IMG/VR virus record: IMGVR_UViG_3300007505_000002
DNA length: 5,535 bases
Strand: one strand, 5' to 3'
Source of the DNA: a virus
In this document: positions 1 to 4,047 of the stretch, in pieces
Layout of the letters: each line of letters starts with the position of its first letter
Position numbering within the stretch: position 1 is the stretch's first letter
Notes under the pieces: model-generated
What the model was told of the DNA's origin: nothing
The model's input: the letters and a program-made list of their open reading frames with translations, nothing else
Databases searched by the model: none
Position numbers and translations under genes: made by a program

Positions 1-246
1 TACTCTAAACAAGCATATGCAGAACTCCCAGAAAAAGTCCGTAATCAATTCCGATCTCACTTAGACTTTATTAAATACGCGGATAATCCGCGAAATGCTC
101 AACTCCTCGTCGATAACGGTATCGTTACGAGCGAGCAACTTCAAAACATCCTTATTTCTGACCAACCACTGGTCATGACAGCTAAAATCCACCCTCCGGG
201 TGAAACACCAAAAACTGATAATCAACAATCAGACACTAAATCCTAA
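1..246 (+). CDS. VP3: C-terminal 81 codons plus stop of the VP3 internal scaffolding protein. This is a 5'-truncated duplicate of 4964..5209 created by the window wrap.
   Basis: Position 1 is in frame (YSKQAYAELPEKVRNQF...) and identical to the tail of the 4622..5209 ORF. The stop TAA is at 244..246. Confidence 0.85.
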   Translation, partial: YSKQAYAELPEKVRNQFRSHLDFIKYADNPRNAQLLVDNGIVTSEQLQNILISDQPLVMTAKIHPPGETPKTDNQQSDTKS

Positions 247-252
247 TCACTC

Positions 253-283
253 CGCGCGTGCGCGTGTCCCACGTGCGCGTGCG
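253..283 (+). other. Strong hairpin made of two alternating pyrimidine-purine arms, 7 nt after the VP3 stop codon. It may be a transcript-end or ssDNA structural element.
   Basis: 253..266 (cgcgcgtgcgcgtg) pairs with 270..283 (cacgtgcgcgtgcg), giving 14 pairs (11 Watson-Crick, 3 G-T/U wobble) and the loop tcc. Each arm is a perfect (Py-Pu)x7 tract. CGTGCGCGTG occurs twice as a direct repeat. Confidence 0.6.
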
Positions 284-335
284 TCTCTTAGGCGCTTGTC
301 GCCTCTTCTATTATCTATCTCTATTCCTTCAACCA

Positions 336-360
336 TGGTGAGAGTACACAATGCTCACCA
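336..360 (+). other. Hairpin with a 7-bp stem and an 11-nt loop in the VP3-VP5 spacer.
   Basis: TGGTGAG (336..342) pairs with CTCACCA (354..360). Confidence 0.45.
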
Positions 361-390
361 AAATCCTCTATCCCCTGAGCTAATCAGGTC

Positions 391-416
391 GCCGGGCCTA
401 TCGCTCATAGGCCGGC
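391..416 (+). other. GC-rich hairpin with a 10-bp stem, one bulged G and a 5-nt loop.
   Basis: GCCG(G)GCCTAT (391..401) pairs with ATAGGCCGGC (407..416). The loop is cgctc. Confidence 0.55.
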
Positions 417-436
417 ACGAATCCGAGCATGAGGGT

Positions 437-464
437 GTTAGGGAGCGCGCAGCTGCTCCCTAAC
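437..464 (+). other. Hairpin with a 10-bp perfect stem. Its arms contain GTTAGGG and CCCTAAC.
   Basis: GTTAGGGAGC (437..446) pairs with GCTCCCTAAC (455..464). The 8-nt loop is gcgcagct. Confidence 0.6.
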
Positions 465-480
465 TACACAAATCTTCTAA

Positions 481-517
481 CAATAAAAATCAAACAATCC
501 GCGCCCGAAGGGCGGAG
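481..517 (-). terminator. Candidate intrinsic terminator oriented for minus-strand transcription, starting a few nt after the stop of the 521..664 antisense ORF.
   Basis: The minus strand reads ...CCGCCC TTC GGGCG(C)GG ATTGTTTGATTTTTATTG. The GC stem is CGCCC/GGGCG (+ coordinates 502..506 / 510..514), with possible extension across a bulge. A T-rich tail follows (reverse complement of 481..498). On the + strand the flank is A-rich upstream and not T-rich downstream, so the element is directional. Confidence 0.4.
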
Positions 518-520
518 CGG

Positions 521-664
521 CTACGGCACCGTGCCCATTTGTTCAATTAGTATTCTTAAATATTTAAGATACGCTGCTTTATATTCGACACTATGTTCGC
601 TCTCCAGACATTCAGCGATCTTTTCCAACTCTTGTATGTAGTAATCTAATTGCTCTTTTGTCAT
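521..664 (-). CDS. Hypothetical 47-aa acidic, helix-prone protein encoded antisense to all other genes: MTKEQLDYYIQELEKIAECLESEHSVEYKAAYLKYLRILIEQMGTVP.
   Basis: The ATG is the reverse complement of 662..664. AAGGA (reverse complement of 670..674) lies 5 nt upstream. The TAG stop is the reverse complement of 521..523 and is followed by the terminator-like hairpin. I recognise no family and found no convincing sigma70 promoter upstream on the minus strand. Confidence 0.4.
   Translation of the reverse strand: MTKEQLDYYIQELEKIAECLESEHSVEYKAAYLKYLRILIEQMGTVP
554..569. repeat. Perfect 16-bp AT-rich palindrome, TCTTAAATATTTAAGA.
   Basis: The sequence equals its own reverse complement. Imperfect extension gives GTAT(T)CTTAAAT / ATTTAAGATAC over 550..572. 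It lies inside the antisense ORF. Confidence 0.8.
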
Positions 665-672
665 ATTTTTCC

Positions 673-711
673 TTTTGTTAGGGTTTTGCAAGCAAGGGTC
701 CCCTAACAAAA
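673..711. repeat. Inverted repeat of 11 bp with a 17-nt spacer, either a hairpin or an operator-like site, between the antisense ORF start and the + strand promoter.
   Basis: TTTTGTTAGGG (673..683) is the exact reverse complement of CCCTAACAAAA (701..711). The left arm abuts/overlaps the SD region of the antisense ORF. The right arm runs into the A9 tract just upstream of the -35 element. Confidence 0.7.
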
Positions 712-716
712 AAAAA

Positions 717-746
717 TTGACAAACGTCATATCACTGTCATATTAC
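717..746 (+). promoter_or_regulatory. Sigma70-type promoter directed toward VP5, VP8 and VP4.
   Basis: The -35 is TTGACA (717..722), a perfect match. After a 16-nt spacer comes TGt-CATATT (736..744), an extended -10; alternatives are ATATTA or TATTAC at 17 or 18 nt spacing. An A9 tract (708..716) upstream could act as an UP element. The predicted start is around 751..753. Confidence 0.6.
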
Positions 747-870
747 ACACGAATGAAAAATGTAATGACAACGCCAGAATGGCTCGCTATGCATGAAAAA
801 GAAATCATTCGCAAATTTAAACAACGCGAAGCAACTAAACGCTATCGCCAAAAACAACAGGAGAAAAAAA

Positions 871-1182
871 ATGGAAAATCAAAACAGCCCAAGTGACCTC
901 GAGTTCTTCTCAGTTCACGATTCTAAGGTGAACGCTTATAAAGAACCGTTCCCTTGTCCTAATGCAGCGGTCTGTATCCGCGACTTTGAAACAGCTTTCA
1001 AGAAACCTAACGCTGACGAAGTCAACCAATTTTACATTAATTCCGAAGACTACAAAGTTTTCCGCGTCGGTCGTTACGACATGAAAAGCGGAACTTTGGT
1101 CGGCTGCTTGCCAGAACATATCGTGAATCTTCACGATATACGCACTGCGGTAGACCTCAAGAAAGGTCCAAGGGCATTGTAA
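871..1182 (+). CDS. VP5: Gokushovirus VP5-like non-structural protein, 103 aa.
   Basis: AGGAG (859..863) lies 7 nt before the ATG at 871. The translation FSVHDSKVNAYKEPF...A.RDF......YKVFRVGRYDMKSGTL follows the pattern I associate with gokushovirus and Chlamydia-phage ORF5/VP5 proteins (F.V.D.K...Y..PF...A.R.F...EDY.L..IG.YD..TG). An in-frame upstream ATG at 793 has no SD and is treated as the less likely start. Confidence 0.7.
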   Translation: MENQNSPSDLEFFSVHDSKVNAYKEPFPCPNAAVCIRDFETAFKKPNADEVNQFYINSEDYKVFRVGRYDMKSGTLVGCLPEHIVNLHDIRTAVDLKKGPRAL

Positions 1183-1206
1183 TTCTACTTGATAGCTACA
1201 ATGCCC
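1172..1206 (+). promoter_or_regulatory. Stem-loop with a 10-bp perfect stem and a 15-nt loop. It is a candidate viral-strand origin and VP4 nick site.
   Basis: GGGCATTGTA (1172..1181) pairs with TACAATGCCC (1197..1206). The loop ATTCTACTTGATAGC contains ACTTGATA (1187..1194), identical to the core of the phiX174 origin CAACTTG/ATATT. The left arm overlaps the VP5 stop codon. Confidence 0.45.
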
Positions 1207-1238
1207 ACTGACACACTTTAGGCAAAAAGGAGCTTATA

Positions 1239-1352
1239 ATGCGTCGCAGATCACTTCCGAAATCGAAGGACAAACGGGTATTCAGAAAAACAACTGCCCC
1301 TCATCCGGCTAACACAATTAAGTCGGTAATGCGTGGCGGAATCAGAAAATAA
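1239..1352 (+). CDS. VP8: Small, highly basic DNA-binding/packaging protein of 37 aa, equivalent to gokushovirus VP8/ORF8 and functionally analogous to phiX174 J.
   Basis: This ORF is absent from the supplied track because it is too short. AGGAG (1228..1232) lies 6 nt before the ATG at 1239. The translation is MRRRSLPKSKDKRVFRKTTAPHPANTIKSVMRGGIRK. The Arg/Lys-rich N-terminus and the C-terminal MRGGIR motif are typical of gokushovirus ORF8 proteins. Confidence 0.8.
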   Translation: MRRRSLPKSKDKRVFRKTTAPHPANTIKSVMRGGIRK

Positions 1353-1358
1353 AAAAAT

Positions 1359-1378
1359 GGGCCCCCGGGAAGGGGCCC
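1359..1378 (+). other. GC hairpin with a 7-bp stem and a 6-nt loop in the 43-nt VP8-VP4 gap.
   Basis: GGGCCCC (1359..1365) pairs with GGGGCCC (1372..1378). The loop is CGGGAA. No T tract follows, so it is not a canonical terminator. Confidence 0.6.
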
Positions 1379-1395
1379 TATAACGGAGCAACGAA

Positions 1396-2397
1396 ATGAA
1401 ATGTGCAGATCCAGTCTTATGTTACATCGACGGGACTGGCAACCGGAAATTTAGAAATTTCTCAGTAGCCGTGAAATCGATCCATGGCATACCCACGTCG
1501 CACATCGTATTCGATTGCGGTCGCTGCTTAACGTGCAGAAAAAAACGCTCTTACGAACTTGCAGCCAGGTGTGTCCTCCATGCAAGTCTCTATAATGAGA
1601 ATTGCTTCCTCACGCTAACCTACGACGAAAAAAAACCCGGATACCAAAACGAACTCGATTATTCACATATCCAGAAGTTTAAAAAGAAACTTCGACAGTA
1701 TGTGGAGCGCAAATATAATCGGAAAATTTCTGTCTTCAACGTCCATGAGTTTGGGAAAAATGGAAAAAAGCATTGGCACCTCATTGTCTTTAATTTTAAC
1801 TTTTCTGATAAAGAAATCTACACAATCAAAAATGGAAACTCGCTATATACGTCTAAAACGCTAGAGAGACTTTGGCCGTTCGGTTTTAATACGATCGGCG
1901 ATGTCTCAGAAGCGAGCGCCATGTATCAAGCGCAGTATTCTCAAAAAGACTTTAAAAATGGAAACATAACAAATGGAAAACGCTCTCACTCTAAGCATTC
2001 GGGAATCGGCAAACCGTATTTTGAAAAGCACTACGACCAAATCTTACGGCTGGGCTACATCCCATTCAACGGGTCCAAGCTGCCTGTTCCACGTTACTTT
2101 CAAAAACTTGCCCACAAAAACTGGGCCTGGTTCAATGACCGAAGTTATTTCTACGATTCGAAGATCCGAGATCGAGTGTACACGCCTTTCTCTACAGATA
2201 CTGAAGCGAACCCTGATATGGGAGACTTGTGGCCAATGTTCAAAATGCACAAGGACCTTCGCGTTACTGATCTGGAAACAAAATGGTCCGCCACACTAGA
2301 CCAATACTTGACAACACTTGAAGATCCCGATTTCATCAAATCAAACAGCAACAATCTATACGATTTACAACGTAAAACTACGAAGGAAATGTTTTAA
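1396..2397 (+). CDS. VP4: VP4 replication initiation protein, an HUH rolling-circle endonuclease of 333 aa.
   Basis: GGAG (1385..1388) lies 7 nt upstream. The motifs read from the translation are CFLTLTY (motif I), KKHWHLIVF (HUH, motif II) and MYQAQYSQK, which has two Tyr in Y-x-x-x-Y spacing as in phiX174 gpA (motif III). There is also an N-terminal Cys cluster, CGRCLTC. Confidence 0.95.
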   Translation: MKCADPVLCYIDGTGNRKFRNFSVAVKSIHGIPTSHIVFDCGRCLTCRKKRSYELAARCVLHASLYNENCFLTLTYDEKKPGYQNELDYSHIQKFKKKLRQYVERKYNRKISVFNVHEFGKNGKKHWHLIVFNFNFSDKEIYTIKNGNSLYTSKTLERLWPFGFNTIGDVSEASAMYQAQYSQKDFKNGNITNGKRSHSKHSGIGKPYFEKHYDQILRLGYIPFNGSKLPVPRYFQKLAHKNWAWFNDRSYFYDSKIRDRVYTPFSTDTEANPDMGDLWPMFKMHKDLRVTDLETKWSATLDQYLTTLEDPDFIKSNSNNLYDLQRKTTKEMF

Positions 2398-4047
2398 ATG
2401 CATCTTAAGACCGACACGGGTGCGAACGCCCATTACGCAAGCGTTCCTACCATCTCACGCTCGCGTAACGCATTCTCTATCGCCCAAAAACACGTAACAA
2501 CTATCCAGTTCGACAAACTTTATCCTCTGTACTGGAAGTATATGTATCCTGGTGATACCGTCTCTATGGCCTTAAAAGTTATGGCCCGGCTCCAAACACA
2601 GATCGCTCCTCTTTATGACGATCTTTATTTTGATATCCACGCTTGGTTTACACCAATGCGCCTTTTACAAACTGACTGGGCACGCTTTCAATTCAATGCC
2701 CAACCAGCTGGCCCATCTCAAGACAACTCAGCCCTAACCACACCGAAGATCGATCTTTCGGTTCTCGGGGCAGGCGGCTTTACATCTAAAAGCCTTTACG
2801 ACTACTTTGGCTTCCCAACGAAAGTAAATCTTTCAGCCAATACTGAACACATAAACAACTACCTTGGCAGATCTTACAACCTTATATGGAATGAGAATTA
2901 CAGAGATGAAAACTTGCAAAACCCAGTCACAGTTGACCTCGGAAACGGGCCTGACAATCCAACAAATTATCAACTTCTTAAGCGAGGCCGCCGCCACGAC
3001 CGATTTTCCTCGATGCTTACTGCCGCTCAAAAAGGCACGCCAGTTAGTCTTCCGCTTGGGACTTCAGCTCCAGTTTACGGTAATGGAAAAGCGCTTGGTC
3101 TTACTATTACTGGATCGGACACTTTTGGACTTGGAACTCAGTCATCAGGGGGAACGCTTAACGCATACACCGGAAGCTACAATCAGAACGTTAATACGGC
3201 TACTTCAGGCGCACCTCTCAATCAAAACTCGAAAACCGTCGGCGTCGTTACATCCGGAGTTTCAGGGCTAATTGCAGATCTTTCAACTGCAGTAGCAGCA
3301 ACTCTTAACCAAGTTCGTCAATCATACGCGGTCCAACATCTTCTTGAAGCGGATGCCCGCGGCGGTACTCGCGACGTCGAAAGCATTCAACACCGATGGG
3401 GTGTTACTGTTCCAGACTTCCGTCTTCAGCGCCCAGAGTATCTCGGCGGCCAAACTTTTACATTCGACGGCCATCTTGTGCCGCAAACTTCTGCAACGAC
3501 TGGTTCTAACTATCAAGCGGGCCTTACTCAATTCTCTGACGCTATGAGCGCTATGCCTGTTACCCATTCGTTCGTGGAACACGGCGTGTTCATGATATTA
3601 ATTTCTTTACGCAGTAACGTCACATACCAGGACGGATTACTTAAAGAGCTTTCTTATAGAACACGCTTTGACTGGTACCAGCCTGAGTTCGCGAATCTCG
3701 GTGAGGTCGCAGTCCTCAACAAAGAATGGTACATTCAAGGCACATCAGCCGATAACCAGACCGCCGGTTTCCAAGAATATGGTTACGAGCTTCGCTACGG
3801 CATGAACTACGTTTCTGCCGAAATGCGCTCAAACTATGCAACTTCTCTAGATTCCCGTCACATGGCCGACGATTATACGTCGCTCCCGACCCTTGGAAGC
3901 GCTTGGATCCAATCCGACACGCCTATCAGCCGCAACATTGCCGTAAGCGCTGCTACGGCCGATCCTGTGCAATTAAACACCTACGCAACAGGAACCCTCG
4001 CACGAACATTGCCTATGTTCTCTGTGCCGGGCCTTAAGAGGTTATAA
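2398..4047 (+). CDS. VP1: VP1 major capsid protein (F-like jelly-roll), 549 aa.
   Basis: The ATG directly abuts the VP4 stop (TAAATG). Gokushovirus capsid signatures are present: ISRSRNAF, YPGDTV, ARGGTRD, RLQRPEYLGG and WYQPEFANLG. A long G/S/T-rich insertion loop is also present. Confidence 0.97.
   Translation: MHLKTDTGANAHYASVPTISRSRNAFSIAQKHVTTIQFDKLYPLYWKYMYPGDTVSMALKVMARLQTQIAPLYDDLYFDIHAWFTPMRLLQTDWARFQFNAQPAGPSQDNSALTTPKIDLSVLGAGGFTSKSLYDYFGFPTKVNLSANTEHINNYLGRSYNLIWNENYRDENLQNPVTVDLGNGPDNPTNYQLLKRGRRHDRFSSMLTAAQKGTPVSLPLGTSAPVYGNGKALGLTITGSDTFGLGTQSSGGTLNAYTGSYNQNVNTATSGAPLNQNSKTVGVVTSGVSGLIADLSTAVAATLNQVRQSYAVQHLLEADARGGTRDVESIQHRWGVTVPDFRLQRPEYLGGQTFTFDGHLVPQTSATTGSNYQAGLTQFSDAMSAMPVTHSFVEHGVFMILISLRSNVTYQDGLLKELSYRTRFDWYQPEFANLGEVAVLNKEWYIQGTSADNQTAGFQEYGYELRYGMNYVSAEMRSNYATSLDSRHMADDYTSLPTLGSAWIQSDTPISRNIAVSAATADPVQLNTYATGTLARTLPMFSVPGLKRL

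Larger units (their letters stand above)
1..572. repeat. Terminal redundancy, copy 1. It is identical to 4964..5535, the signature of a circular genome or concatemer read-through with a 4963-nt unit length.
   Basis: The first bases, tactctaaacaagcatatgc, recur at 4964. The ORF at 200..463 recurs at 5163..5426 with an identical translation. The last bases, aaatatttaagatac, at 558..572 equal 5521..5535. Confidence 0.95.

Noticed and set aside
363-436. tRNA-sized (74 nt) segment with a 6-bp closing helix and a CACGAATCC stretch reminiscent of a T-loop.
   Set aside because: The arm lengths are wrong: a 10-bp middle stem with a 5-nt loop, and a first arm with a 5-nt loop and no GG. There is no U33-type anticodon loop, and the T-arm pairing conflicts with the 391..416 hairpin. 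It is not a tRNA.
200-463. 87-aa ORF with a GTG start, duplicated at 5163..5426, that overlaps the VP3 tail and runs through the hairpin array.
   Set aside because: It has no SD. Its R/S/L/P-rich translation is typical of reading through GC-rich structured non-coding DNA. It appears twice only because of the terminal redundancy.
429-641. 70-aa + strand ORF spanning hairpin 437..464, the terminator-like hairpin and the palindrome.
   Set aside because: It has no SD, and its composition changes abruptly mid-ORF from GC-rich to AT-rich. It lies opposite the better-supported antisense ORF.
521-730. Long 69-aa version of the antisense ORF, starting at the ATG that is the reverse complement of 728..730.
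   Set aside because: That start lies inside the + strand promoter spacer and has no SD. The internal ATG at 664 has AAGGA at ideal spacing, so the short form is preferred.
675-896. 73-aa ORF with a TTG start, and the 129-aa version of VP5 starting at 793.
   Set aside because: The TTG at 675 lies upstream of the predicted promoter, and neither start has an SD. The AGGAG-preceded ATG at 871 explains VP5, and the 753 sub-ORF is reported separately as a low-confidence finding.
1235-1240. Perfect TATAAT hexamer overlapping the VP8 start codon, and TACAAT at 1197..1202.
   Set aside because: No acceptable -35 lies at 16 to 18 nt; CTGACA at 1208..1213 is 21 nt away. A start here would fall inside VP8, and TACAAT is part of the origin-candidate stem.
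2864-3271. 135-aa alternative-frame ORF with a TTG start inside VP1. Similar same-strand overlaps occur at 1973..2299 (in VP4) and 3344..3547 (in VP1).
   Set aside because: These are embedded in strongly supported genes, with a non-ATG start or no SD. They have no transmembrane or other recognisable motif that would suggest an overprinted lysis gene. Lengths like these are attainable by chance in six frames.
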